Part shown: positions 13,591 through 26,960 of the stretch, piece after piece
How positions within the stretch are numbered: position 1 is the stretch's first letter
Layout of the letters: each line of letters begins with the position of its first letter
Source of the DNA: Camelus dromedarius
Taxonomy: Eukaryota
DNA length: 64,000 nt
Assembly (NCBI RefSeq): GCF_036321535.1
Contig: NC_087436.1
Span: 42,906,001 to 42,970,000 of the forward strand
Direction of reading: 5' to 3'
Translations under genes and position numbers: made by a program
The notes under the pieces: model-generated
The model's input: only the letters and a program-made list of their open reading frames with translations
Told to the model about the DNA's origin: nothing
The model's database searches: none

Positions 13591-16204
13591 AAGTCTAAGC
13601 TCTGTGTAGGAAAAGTTTCTATTGCATCTGTCTCATTGAGTCAGTAAATATTTATTGAACACCTAACGTGTGATGTTCCTGAGCTAGGTGCTATAGAGAA
13701 CACAAAGATAATGGCAATGTTCCTTGGCGTTAAATTGCTCACCATGTGATTTTGGTAGTCGATGCAATAGTATAGAATGTGGGACAGAAAAAGATTCCAT
13801 GAGAAATGTGTAAATTGAGCTCAGAGAGTTTGAAAAAAAGAGTTTTTCCCAACTAGAGGATTAAAAACATTACCTATACTTAATTGCTATGTGTGTATAA
13901 ATTTTCACACACAGAACAGAATTTGAATCAAAGATCAGTTTGAGCCAGATTGAGAGTTGATGTGAATTTTATTTGGATGACAATATACAACCTGGTTTGG
14001 CCAAGGAGGCCTTCTACCTCTGTGCATCTGGAGTCCAGAGAAGGAGGCCTGCCAGCAAAGAGCCGGCCATGATTGGGGGTGAAGAGGGAGGCCCAGGAAC
14101 CCCCTACCCACATCCTACAGTTCACACAGCCAAGGTGCTCTGAATCCATTTGAACTCACTTCATTGTGCCCCTCTTTAACTCTGCTTTTGGCAGTCACCT
14201 CAAAACCCCACGATTCCCAGCTTACTCCTCATTTTCCACATTTTATTCCTGGTAAGGTTTTGTACAGTTTTACTGTACTGTGCTGCTGAGAGTGTAAGAT
14301 CCCAGAAGACACATTCCCCTGAGCTATGAGACATTGCAGCTCCTCCTGACCCACTACAGATAAGGAACTCCACTGTACTGGCAATGGAGAAAGATTGCCG
14401 GAAATACTTAAAATTCCCACCTATACTCCTGCATTCCATTGGGCCTTACAATGCAAGCAGAAGAATCAGATTTTCCCATGGCCCAGCTTGATGATTAGCT
14501 TTGTGGAAGAGTAGTTGAGGTTTTTCAGGTCTGTAATGACACATGTAGCCTTTACCAGCAGAGCAGTGGTGGCCCCGATTCGGGCATTTCCATCTACTTA
14601 CACTGCACACTGAGCCACTGGGAGGTTTGTCCACTATTGGAATACAATACATGCTTACGTGAGCTAAATCTGTGTGTAGGAATCTGAATTCTGTAACACA
14701 TGGGGGAAAAATTGAATGGGTTGCTGGTTATGTGAACTACGTCTTTGTGAGTACATTTCGCTCGTACCCTTGTCTTATGTAAGTTTAGCTGTAGCAAGTA
14801 AAACTGGAAATTTCATTTTCTCCTGAATGGTCCCATTCCAAACTGTAAGTGCTTTAACAGTGATTATCAATTGACTTTTCCCGCTGGCAGTACTACCAGA
14901 GACATGTGAGTTCTGAGCAAAGTTATCCTGAGGAACCCTTCTGCCGCACCTTTTAGAGGAGTTGAGTTTCATAACGTGATATTACCCGTTTTTACCAACT
15001 GAGTCCAGGTTGCTACCTCAGTGCATTTCTAAGTAACGTTTAAATAGGACCTCTAACTTGATTCTGAGGAAATAGTTTTGTTTTTAATCTCTCTCCGATT
15101 CTGTTATCACAGAGATACTGATAGAGATTAGGATTTTTATACACTAACTTATATATACTTATATGAAATAAGAAATGGATATATAAGACTTTCATTCAAA
15201 TTCTTAATCAACTTTCGTTGCTCTGTGCTGCACACAAGCTGTGTGCTAAACAATACAGATTGGAATCCACGGTCCCGGGAAATTCTCATCTAAAACCAGT
15301 GTTACATCTGAACAAACTGGGTGGAGACTCAGGGAGACACTCAAGATAAAATTTAGCATGGCAGCAATTTAAAATTAGAAGCCCTTGATGAAAGATGAGA
15401 CTTGTTTTAAGCCACTTGGTGAGCCCCACCTTTTAAAGGCAGGATTTGACTCTGCTAAAGGGCTGAGCAGTCACTGGAGGACACACTGTCTCTGCCCCAG
15501 TCAGGAATGCCTGTCTTCCTATTCGGTGTGTGGTGGTGTTAAATTAAGCTGTGACCTTTGATTATCTCCCAAGCTTTTCTACCTCTCCACTGGCAGAGTG
15601 CCATGGGACAGTGTATATTTGTCAGCAAGCTGTGGTCTAAATTCAGACATTGTCTAAACTTATAACAATAAGTATCTGCTAGATGTACGGCAGAGACCCT
15701 TTACCTGAGAGGCACTCTGTCAATCCCTAAAGACTGGGGACCTCTTACACTTTGTGTTTCATCAAGTCCTAGCTTAAGGTAGTGCCTTCATTATTTAAAT
15801 AATGGTCTGAAGTAAGCTATAGTGGAAAAAGCCTTTGTTTTCTTTTACATATGATCCAATCACTCAAGTCCTGGTATCAATATATACAATTTTTATGTCA
15901 TTCCTTAAAGACAATTTTTTTTTGATGAAAGCATCTAAGAAATAGCTGCTAATTGGCTTGTTTCTTTAAAGTGAAGAAGTATTCTTAAATAATTTCGAGA
16001 AACGTTGATGGAAACCTCTGTCTTAATCACATGTGATGTTTACAGGACTATATGTGTGTGTCAACTCATAGACCTACACACTAAAAAGGGTGAGCTTTGC
16101 TATATGAAAATAATAACTTGATAGATGCAGGTTATAGAGATCGCTCTCCTAAATGGAAGTGTGTGTCCTAGATTTTAAATGCTTTTTGTGTTTTATGGTT
16201 TATA

Positions 16205-16700
16205 TACAAATTGCCATCCTACCCTCGTTCTGTTCTTGGAGGACATATCCTACCCACACCCCAGCATGGGCCACCACACACGTCACATGATTCTGTCCTT
16301 GTGGACACAGCTTACTGGATTAGGTGTGGACACCCATCTGGAGGGAGGTTAACCTGAACTAGGAACCAGGACAGAGTTCTGGTAAAAACTGTAAGTTCTT
16401 TAAGATTTGGGGCTGGAGTCAGAATACACACTTGGAAAGCCATTGGGCAAGTGAGAGTCACAGGGGGTTGAAAAAACAAGGAATTACCCAAAAGAAGCCA
16501 GTGTTTAAGGAGGGAGGTTTGAGCAGATGTGTGGAAAAGCAGAGCAAGAGCCCATGTGTCTCCATGGGAAGAGGAGTGAAAGGAGCACGCATATGACCTT
16601 CCGGTTTCTCCGAGACTTGCCTGAACTTAAAATTGGCTTCTCTGACTTTCTTTCCCTATACATCTACTTTTACTTAATATAGCCAGTGTGAGTTTCAGTT
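16205..16700. mobile_element. Probable ancient ERVL-type LTR (LTR16/LTR33-like)
   Basis: GC-richer block with gtcacatga...ctggattaggtgtggacacc. Family recalled only; termini not resolved. Confidence 0.4.
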
Positions 16701-17179
16701 TTTATATAAGGAACAGGAAAATTACCCAGTGCCGTATCATGTTCTTCATAAGTATAGGCAAACACCAGTTTTTGTTACTATCACCTCTTTTGTTCCTAAA
16801 ATACATGGCTCTGGTATGGGGAAAGTGGAAGCTTACAGAGAAGTCTGGGCTGTTTGTGTCAGCTCTGTTTTCATCTGGAAATTTCACAGCTTTTCAAAAA
16901 AATCAGATACCTTCTAAGTAAGAATTTAACACTTTCCTTGGCCTTTCTTTTTCTCTTCCTTTCTGAAAAGTTCTTAAGGTCCAGAAAGGTAAAACAGAGT
17001 CGTAGCGATTGATTGTAGCTTCTTCTTTCAATAAAATTAACCTCTTTGTAAGGAAACTGTTTTACCTCTACTTTCACACTAAATTTTTGCTGACTGATAT
17101 ATTTTTAAAACTAAAACAAGAGTTTTAAAAAAAAATCACCTTTTATTTCTAGAAATTGGAGTATAGGTTTAAGAATTAA

Positions 17180-17405
17180 TGATAACCAACTTGAATTATG
17201 TGCTTAATATGTCCTAGCTGTACACTCAGTGCCTTGAATACATAATTTCATTTAATCTTCATAACAGTCTGAAGTGGTTGCTGTTATCAACATTTTACAG
17301 ATAAGCCTTAATGAAGTTAAGTAAATTACAGCGCCACAATAGTAAGTTTTAACACCTGAATTTCAGCCCAAACAGACCTACTTCTGAGTCTGATCCCTTA
17401 ACCAC
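17180..17405 (-). mobile_element. MIR SINE
   Basis: tcatttaatcttcataaca...cattttacagataag...gaagttaagtaa. Confidence 0.7.
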
Positions 17406-18567
17406 AGCAAAGAGTGTATTAAACTATTAGAGCTAAAGGAAGAAGTTATCAGGTCATTTTTAGATTTTAATTATTTTTCTGAATCTCTGAAGGTAATATC
17501 CAGATTTAAGAAAAGATATAAAACTAAATTTATCATTTTTTATTATTATCATTATTTTATCTTTATGGTATGGTAAAATTGTTGATAAAACGTTACAGAA
17601 ATTAATGAACATGCTATGAAAGACCATTTCTTTTTAAATTCAATTGTGCATATAAGCCATGTCCTTAGAGGTCACAGCTGAGGAGTGTTATTATAGAATA
17701 TCCCCAAAGTTAAAGAACCAAATCTAAGGCATCAGATTATTCATTAGAGCATCAAAGATGCCATTCTCTGCTGCTTTTCAAATTGGCTAAGTGTCAAAGA
17801 AATGTGAATGAAAACAAGTTTAATTACTATGGTCATGGTATTTGGCCTTAAAATAGAACAAAATGAACAGAAGATTACTCTTTTGTTTTGGAAAATAAGA
17901 TAGTATCTTTCATCGTGGATCCTGGGACTTAGGAGAGAATGAAACCAAATAGGTATTTAAGCAGCTGTGTCATTCAAATGTGGCCGTAAATGTCTGTAAG
18001 GATAAGAAACTGTTGAATAAAAGCTCTTTTGTGCCGTCAACTGGGAGTCTGGGGTTGGGAGGCCTATAATTTGGAAAGTTGACTTTTTTAAAGTGATTGT
18101 ATTTTTAGTAAATATTCTAATGAAAAATTTTTATTTATTTTTTAATAAAGTTCCATTTGAAAAATGTCAGGCTATTTCCAAAATGCTAAGGGAGGACTTG
18201 ATTAAGGAGAAGTAAAAGGGAGAACATGATGTTGCTTTGAAAAATGGGTGTGCTAATTCCAGAGAAAAGGAGCTGCCCAACCTGGAAAAGATGCAACAAT
18301 CCTAGGAATTGTGTCCAGAACCATCGTATACCACCTGTGTAGCCTTTCCTGCCCACAGAAGAGTTCCTTCTTAGAGCTCTTATCTTCAGAAATAGTCAAT
18401 GGAACACATGTTTTTAAACTAGCCTTTTCTTACATCATATTTAAGAGGGAAGAGGATGTCAGTGATTGGTACACATAACTCAGACCTGCGTCCTGATTTG
18501 TATAGTGTGCTTTTTTCCATTTCTTCCATAGTTAAAATTAAGAGGTAGTCCCTGCTTATAGGAGAGA

Positions 18568-19364
18568 GTTTTTTAATCTTAATTTTTTAATTGAAGTATA
18601 GTTGACTTACAATGTTGTGTTAGCAGGTATACAGGAAAGTGATTTGGTTATACATATATATGTATATATTTATATTCTTTTAAAAATTCTTTTCCATTAT
18701 AGGCTATTACAAGATATTGAATATAGTTCCCTGTGCTACATAGTAAATTTTTGTTGTTTAATCTGTTTTACATATGGTAGTATGTACCTGTTAATCCAAA
18801 CTCCTAATTTATTCCTCTTCTCCGCCTTTCCCCTTTGGTAACCATATGTTTGTTTTCTATGTCTGTGAGTCTATCTCTGTTTTGTAAATAGGTTCATTTG
18901 TACTGTTTTTTAGATTCCACATATAGGTGATATCATAGACTATTTTGTCTTTTTCTGTCTGACTTATTTAATATGAATAATCTCTAGGTCTATCCATCTT
19001 GCTGCAAATGGCATTAGTTCATTCTTTTTCATGGCTGAGTAGTGTTCTATAGTGTGTGTGTATATGTGTGTGTGTATCTCGCTACTTCTTCTTTTTAACC
19101 ACATCTTCTTTATCCGTTCATTTATTGATGGACTCTTAGGTTGCTTCCATATCCTGACTGTTGTAAATAATGCTGATATGAACATTGGGGGGTGGGGTGC
19201 ATGTATCTTTTCAAATTAGAGTTTTCATCTTTTCCGAACATATGCGCAGGTGTGAGATTGCTGGATCATATGGTGACCCTAATTTTAGTTTTTAAAGAAC
19301 TTCCAGACTGTTTTCCATAGTGGCTCTACTGATTTACATTCCCACCAATGGTGTAGGAGGGTTT
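18568..19364 (-). mobile_element. 5'-truncated L1 (cetartiodactyl-type 3' UTR plus ORF2 C-terminus)
   Basis: ORF 18964-19185 MFISALFTTVRIWKQPKSPS...EHYSAMKKNELMPFAARWIDLE matches the L1 ORF2 end. T-rich tail at the left end. Confidence 0.92.
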
Positions 19365-20006
19365 CTGAGGAAGGGAGTTTTTATTTTCTAAGATATTGTT
19401 CTTTTAAAAAATTATTTTTCATTCTTCAGACGAGCTCTATTTTACTGAAGGATTTGATTGCAATGGTAGTTAAATCTTCTAACAAAGCAAACTATAGCTC
19501 AGTGTTGCTTTCTGTGAAAGGCAAGGACAAGCCTGTTTAAATTACTCTTCCCTTCCTTAGAAGATGTGAGTTGACATGAAAATAGCCTTTCAACTCTTAT
19601 TTTCTCCTAAACTCAGTTAAAATATTAGCTTTTTTTGCCTTTTTTTTTTTTTTTTGGAAATACTTAGGGGAAAAAAGAAGAAACAGAACAGTTTGAGTAT
19701 ATCTTTATACTTTTAAATTCTCTCTTATCTCTATGAAAAAGTCTTTCTTTAAATGATTGAGTAAAATTCTGGCTTAAGATATCATATTGAAAGTACATCA
19801 TAAAATCTAACTGCTTTTTCCCCATCAATACTTACCAAATATGCAAAACTAGCTAAAAGAGTTTTTGTGTGTTTGTTTTTAAACTAACATGAACCAGTTA
19901 AGTAATGAACCATGACTTAAAGCAATCCTGTTGAAAACCTTGTCACCAGTATAAAAAACAAACAATTCTGAATTGGAAGAGAGAGGCATAGTTTAGCTTG
20001 GTTCTT

Positions 20007-21718
20007 TTTTTTTTTTTTTTTTTTACATTTTTTATTGATTTATAATCATTTTACAATGTTGTGTCAAATTCCAGTGTTCAGCACAATTTTTCAGTCATTC
20101 ATGGACATATACACACTCATTGTCACATTTTTTTCTCTGTGAGTTATCATAACATTTTGTGTATATTTCCCTGTGCTATACAGTGTAATCTTGTTTATCT
20201 GTTCTACAGTTTTGAAATCCCAGTCTATCCCTTCCCACCCTCCACCCCCCTGGTAACCACAAGTCTGTATTCTCTGTCTGTGAGTCTATTTCTGTCCTGT
20301 ATTTACACTTTGTTTTTGTTTGTTTGTTTGTTTTTGTTTTTTAGATTCCACATATGAGCGATCTCATATGGTATTTTTCTTTCTCTTTCTGGCTTACTTC
20401 ACTTAGAATGACATTCTCCAGGAGCATCCATGTTGCTGCAAATGGCATTATGTTGTCAGTTTTTATGGCTGAGTAGTATTCCATTGTATAAATATACCAC
20501 ATCTTCTTTATCCAGTCACCTGTTGATGGACATTTTTGGCTATTGTAAATACTGCTGCTATGAACATTGGGGTGCAGATGTCATCCTGAAGTAGATTTCC
20601 TTCTGGATACAAGCCCAGGAGTGGGATTCCTGGGTCATATGGTAAGTCTATTCCTAGTCTTTTGAGGAATCTCCACACTGTTTTCCATAGTGGCTGCACC
20701 AAACTGCATTCCCACCAGCAGTGTAGGAGGGTTCCCCTTTCTCCACAGCCTCTCCAGCATTTGTCACTTGTGGATTTTTGAATGACGGCCATTCTGACTG
20801 GTGTGAGGTGATACCTCATTGTAGTTTTGATTTGCATTTCTCTGATAATTAGTTATATTGAGCATTTTTTCATGTGCTTTTTGATCATTTGTATGTCTTC
20901 CTTGGAGAATTGCTTGTTTAGGTCTTCTGCCCATTTTTGGATTGGGTTGTTTATTTTTTTCTTATTGAGTCATATGAGCTGCTTATATATTCTGGAGATC
21001 AAGCCTTTGTCGGTTTCACTTGCAAAAATTTTCTCCCATTCCGTAGGTTTTCTTCTTGTTTTACTTCTGGTTTCCTTTGCTGTGCAGAAGCTTGTAAGTT
21101 TCATTAGGTCCCATTTGTTTATTCTTGCTTTTATTTCTTCTAGGAGAAAATTTTTGAAATGTATGTCAGATAATGTTTTGCCTATGTTTTCCTCTAGGAG
21201 GTTTATTGTATCTTGTCTTATGTTTAAGTCTTTAATCCATTTTGAGTTGATTTTTGTATATGGTGTAAGGGAGTGTTCTAGCTTCATTGTTTTACATGCT
21301 GCTGTCCAGTTTTCCCAACACCATTTGCTGAAGAGACTGTCTTTATTCCATTGTATATTCTTGCCTCCTTTGTCGAAGATGAGTTGACCAAAAGTTTGTG
21401 GGTTCATTTCTGGGCTCTCTATTCTGTTCCATTGGTCTATATGTCTGTTTTGGTACCAATACCATGCTGTCTTGATGACTGTAGCTCTATAGTATTGTCT
21501 GAAGTCTGGGAGAGTTATTCCTCCAGCCTCTTTCTTTCTCTTCAGTAATGCTTTGGAAATTCTAGGTCTTTGATGGTTCCATATAAATTTTATTATGATT
21601 TGTTCTCGTTCTGTGAAATATGTCCTGGGTAATTGGATAGGGATTGCATTAAATCTGTAGATTGCCTTGGGCAGTGTGACCATTTTAACAATATTGATTC
21701 TTCCAATCCAAGAGCATG
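20007..21718 (-). mobile_element. Young 5'-truncated L1 with poly(A) tail and perfect TSD
   Basis: ORFs 20970-21776 ([12 protein letters not shown]...YRFNAIPI...) and 20508-20837 (RYHLTPVRM...[18 protein letters not shown]) are the L1 ORF2 C-terminal and Cys-rich domains. T20 run at 20005-20024. TSD tagcttggttctt at 19994-20006 and 21719-21731. Confidence 0.97.
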
Positions 21719-22439
21719 TAGCTTGGTTCTTAAACCCACTCCGTGCTTCTACAGTTGTACCACTGAATTGGTCCAATCCTGATAGCTCTCACAAATATCC
21801 ACAAATAGACTTTGTGGTTCCTTATCTTTCTGTTCTTTGGAAAGCAGAGGCCTATGAGAAATGGGTGAAAGGGGAAATGTGGATGAGGGGGATGACTATG
21901 ACACATTATGAAATGGGCATTTCACCGTCGGAAAAATGCTCTAGAGCATGAAGATATCTTTTCCTGGGAACAGGGTATCTTTCCCCAGTAAGTTGGGTTG
22001 AACTTTGGTACAAAGCATGTACCTTAACTTAGAGTAGAACCCAGGTATTCTACAAAAGAATACATACCACACAGCCAGACTCTGCAGCCCTCTCCTCCCT
22101 GTCAGTCTCCCAAGCTATAGAAAGATGGTAGATTACAAGACACCATAGTCAGCCTTCAGTCAGTCACTCAGGGTGGGGAAAAACTACATGGTCTCACATA
22201 AGGAGAGAGAAACTCAAATCAGGCACGATCTTTCAGAGCAAGTGCAAGATCTTTACTGAGACCAAACACATGGAGGATAAAAAAAAAAACAAAAAGTGCT
22301 ATGACACAGCACTTAGGCAAACAATTGTACAAACCTACCAGAGCTAAATGAAATAAATAAACAAACATAGTATACACGCAAGAACCCAAAGAAAAAACTG
22401 TCACACATATAACCCAAAGAAAATCTCATAGTTGCTTCA

Positions 22440-23450
22440 CACTGAGGAACAGCTTAATAACACCACATTCAATAAAGTAAGAACCCAAAGCCTGGAAGAT
22501 AGAAAGGATATGTCATATACCTGAGGAAAGAAATCGAGGACCAAATGAACATTATTATCAATTAAGTGACAAAATGTGAGGTTGTTGACAAACACCACTA
22601 ATTAGCGACATGGTAAAAACACTCATGATAATCATAGTGTATATGAATGAGATGAAAATAAAGTAGCTTTAGAGAATCTGATACGAAAGAGAGTTAAAGC
22701 TAATTCAACATACGAGTAATTTGTGTCTCTGAATAGAAAACCTAAAGTAAAGAATATAATATAGAACGCAAGGAAGTTCTTTAAAATGAAGAACTGAATC
22801 TGTATAGTTAAAGAGTACAATATGTTCCAGGAAATTTATAATCAGAACATGAATCTGAGATGTGTTCTAGTTAAGCTGATAGACTTGTTAGATCATGAAA
22901 GAATTCTTTTAAGGCATCCAGCCAGGTAAGATGCTTTCAAAGGAAGAAAGTGGTAAAAATTCTAAAACATGAAAAAAACTTCAAAAATACAAATTTAACT
23001 AGGCTCTTACTGTGGTGGGGGAGGAGATGCAGGGCTGGAGGAAATACTTGAAAAATTAAAATCCAGTAAATCAATCAAGATGAAGAATTCATGAATGAAA
23101 AAGACCGGTGAAAGATGTGGCTATGGCTATTTAATCCTCTATGAGATGACATGAATACTGAACAATTACGAGAATTACTGACAACCAGGAAAATACGAAT
23201 GTATACATCCAGACAATTTAAAAATTATAATTAACAAAATAGAGAAGTTGGGGATGAGAACTAGAAGGGAACATGAGAATGCTAATTCTCATTGAAAACA
23301 GGGAGTTGGTTAATGCCATCTGAATTAAAGCCTGTAGTTAGAAATTACTCTAATTGCAATTGTTTTCAAAAGCCTCTTAAAAAAAAAATCTTATTAAGAA
23401 ATATACCTGCTCACAATTTTTAAGATTCATTTTGATTACTTTTTCTTCTA
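22440..23450 (+). mobile_element. Ancient L1-related (HAL1/L1ME ORF1-like) remnant
   Basis: A-rich block with gaactgaatctgtatagttaaagagtaca...ctagttaagctgatagactt...gaaagaattcttttaaggcatccag, resembling decayed ORF1 sequence. Confidence 0.5.
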
Positions 23451-25539
23451 TTAATTTCAAATTTATTTAAACAATATTTTGTGAATAAAGATTAATAAGT
23501 AAATGAGTCCCAATTTTAAAAATGTCTCTAAATTTCTGTCATCAGTTTTAGCCTCCTCCACACACACACCTGCCATTCACACACACAGTTTCTAGTCTAT
23601 GGATTTGGAATATTTTGTTTCTTCTTTTGGCTTCTATTTTGTACTTTTCTGCATTGTTTTAATTCTCTATACTGAGCATATCTAACTTCTCTGAAAATAA
23701 TGCAGTGATAATTTTTTTCTTCCTTAAATAAAGGTAAGGTGACGGTAGATGGGAAACAAATGTGCCCATACGGTGACATGTTAACAAGATTAAACTAGGG
23801 AAGCTGTGAATGTAGATTTTTATTCTATTCTGTGTTTTCTTGAAAAGTCAAAAATTAGAATATTAAAAGAACTTAGTAGTTGATGTCTAGGTATCTTATT
23901 ACTTTAGCTTTTAGAAGATACTTTAATTAGAGACCTGCAAGGCTTCTCTTAAAAAAAGAGCAATACAGTTTAGGCTTTAAAGTCCCATATATTAGGAAGT
24001 CAGTAAGCATGACAGGTCTATAATGTAACTAAAATCTTTATTAAAAAACATGCACTAAAGCTAGTGCACTTTATTCTGTAAAGAACTCAGACCCTCCATC
24101 AAAACATACTGACTTTCATGTATCTTATCAAGTTTTATGATCTTATATCCAAATCTCTGGCAATTAGAAGCTGGAAATTTGAGGGGAGAAATACAGACCA
24201 AAGGGTAATAGGGAGCTGACAAAGTGATTGCAGTAACAAGAAGGTCAGGCTACCTGACCAAGCATGGAAATAAGCAAGTTTTAAGTGAGGGGTAAAAGCA
24301 AACAAGAGCCAGAAAAACATCATGGTTTGAGAGGACTTTGCAAGTAGGCACATTTTTCTGCTCACCTCCGCAGTTCTTAAGCCCCCAAAACTGTACAGAA
24401 CACAGAATTCTATAATCCTAATTTTGGTCCCAAGTCATTAAAAGATTATATTTTGTATATTTAAGAGTTCAGAGGTATTTCAAGTATATTTTTATATAGC
24501 CATGAAAATAGTTTTGAAACTTAAAGCAGTTTGTTACTTGGAAAAATAATTTAAGAAAATATCCCCATTCCTAATGATTCCAGGCAAATGAGGTGTTTCT
24601 CTAATTACTGTTTTACATGTTGTTGCATGAAAACACTGCAATTAACATACAGGCGTATAGCATTAGTCTGTCTATTTTCTTTCTATCCAAGCTGTGGATG
24701 GTAATCTCAAATAAACAACTACCCTTCTTTTTAAGTTCCTTAAGACAACAAATGCATAGAATATACCCCATTACTCTGTAGTTTAACAGCCTACATTCTT
24801 CAGAGGGAAAAAATGATTACATTTATCACCTGAGTTTTGTGAATCTATAAATATTACTGTAGAAAGCCTAATTAGCTGTTAAAACTTGAAGAAGTGAATG
24901 CACAGATGCTTCGTTTATTTTTTTCTTCAAATTCTTCTCCCTGTGTTTCACACCATATGCTGTTGACAAAGAAAGACATATCCTAGTAGAACTGGGTGTA
25001 CAAGAACCTTCATGGAGTTCTCAAATCCAGTGGCGGTGAACGACAGCATCTTTCTGCTGCCTATTGGGTTATTATTTTCATTTACAGTCTTCTTTAGCTA
25101 TTCTTGAGTGCATATTTAACATTCAACAGAATTTGAGAGTTCGCAAATAGTCTCAGCATTTTCCTGTTGATGTCAACAGAAATAAATGTTGTTCTCGGTG
25201 AGATTTTCCCAGTGACCCATTTCTCAAAATCTTTCTAAGATCTGAAGCATATTTGCCTTCACAAATTCCTTATAATTTGTAAAGAGCATTTAATGATTGA
25301 TTGCATGGTATTGGAAGTGAGAAAGAAATGTCTCAACTTATAAACCAAGACTCAAACTTGAAATAAGCTTTGACGTGTATGTGGTGAGGAATCAGGACCT
25401 TTGGGTTCTACCACAGATCTGTTAGTGATTGATTCACTTGGAAATATTGCCCCACTATTCTGTGCTAGAATAGATTATCTCCACAGTGCTTTCTGGGCTC
25501 TAAAACCTTTTTATTTATTCAGATTGCTATTTATGGAAT

Positions 25540-26050
25540 CTATAATGGTCATATTGCATTTTAGAACAGTAACTGTAGTAGCAATGTGGAGAATATATTT
25601 GTAGAAGGTAGAGATGAATTTAGAGATACGAGGCTGTCTAGTAGTTGATGTAAGACATTGATAATGCACTAACTGGGGAACACGGGGTGGAGAGGAAGGG
25701 ATCAAGTCCAGAGGTAAATTTGGAGCTAGGGTTTGGCAGAATGTAGTAAACCACTGGATGCTATGGTGAGAAAGTGGAATTTAGCTTGACTGTGATGGGG
25801 GCTATGTAAATAGTAATTCCATTACAATATGAGGATGCAGATGAAAAGGAATAAATTTATGCACAATATGAAATGCCCTTGAGACATTGGCTGGAGCTAG
25901 TGAAAAGAAGAAAGGTTAATAGTGGGAGAGAGGATGAAAGTAGATAAATTTTGATGGAAGACTCATTTATAGGCTAATTAGAAGGAGCCAATGAAGAAGA
26001 GGATATTGATGACCCAGGAAAAAGGCAAGAGTCAGGGAAAAGTGAAGAGT
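25540..26050 (-). mobile_element. Decayed L2 fragment
   Basis: cattttagaacagtaactgtagtagcaatgtggagaat... purine-rich antisense L2 pattern. Confidence 0.55.
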
Positions 26051-26938
26051 GAGATTCAGAAGGAAAGAGCAGGAACGTACTCGGATCACATTTGAAGCCT
26101 TCGATTTTGGAAGGAGGGAGACTTCTTTGCTGGAGGTAGGAGGGAAGAATAAGTTTGGGTTTACATCAATTCAAAGGTGGGAGCTATAGCGATAGTTCTG
26201 TAAAGCCTCCCTATTTGTCATCTGGAAGCTTCTGGTTGTTTAATTGTACGGTGTCTAAAGGTCATAACTCAGAATTGCTGTCTGTTACGTTGCTACACCA
26301 AGGTCTCCGCTATTTCCCTGCTTCTCCAACTGCAGGTTCTCTACAGGCCTGGTGTTTTATTGAAGTACCCAAGGTAGGCCAAGTGGAGCTGAGTTCAGTT
26401 GAGGAAGTGGTTGGTAATTCCTTCAAACCTTCATATATCATGTTTTTCCTAAAATGAGAGAGTTGAAGTAAGTACAAAAATGCTCAGGCAAATCAGAAAC
26501 CTAATTGTACTTTCTAAATCAATTAGTGTTAAAAAGGTCACTTAAAACTATCCAGTTCCCTGTAATGAAATCAGTTTCATTAGAGATTCTGTGTGTGCTG
26601 AAATGAAAATTTTGTCCTAGTCTACCAGATTAGAATCGCTACCAGGTAGTAAATATTTTACGCATCCTCTTCTCTGTCTGCGATATGGTCTCAGATTTGT
26701 CTGAATGGTCTCAGAGGGCTTTCAATGTAAAAGTAAGAGTTGAAGGTCAGTCAGTCCTTGTCAGCTAATGACGTATATCCAAGCACTTTTCCCTTTACCT
26801 GCCAACATTCAGAGTAAAACAGTTCCTATGTAAATGTGCTATATTTAAACAGTGCAGTATCTGGTTCGGTAAGCCATACTGTGGAGAGGAAACAGGCACC
26901 ATCTCTTAAATGGTACTGTAGCCAAAGATTTAAAAACA

Positions 26939-26960
26939 AACAACAACAACAACAACAACA
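26939..26960 (+). repeat. (AAC)n microsatellite
   Basis: About 7 perfect units directly visible. Confidence 0.9.

Noticed and set aside
20827..21387. 186-aa hydrophobic plus-strand ORF
   Set aside because: It is the antisense reading of L1 ORF2, a common artefact.
20970..21776. 268-aa ORF as a host gene
   Set aside because: It is L1 ORF2. The first 20 or so residues are read-in from flank and TSD, and the element is 5'-truncated.
26685..26715. Direct repeat atggtctcaga x2
   Set aside because: An isolated 11-bp micro-duplication with no evidence of function.
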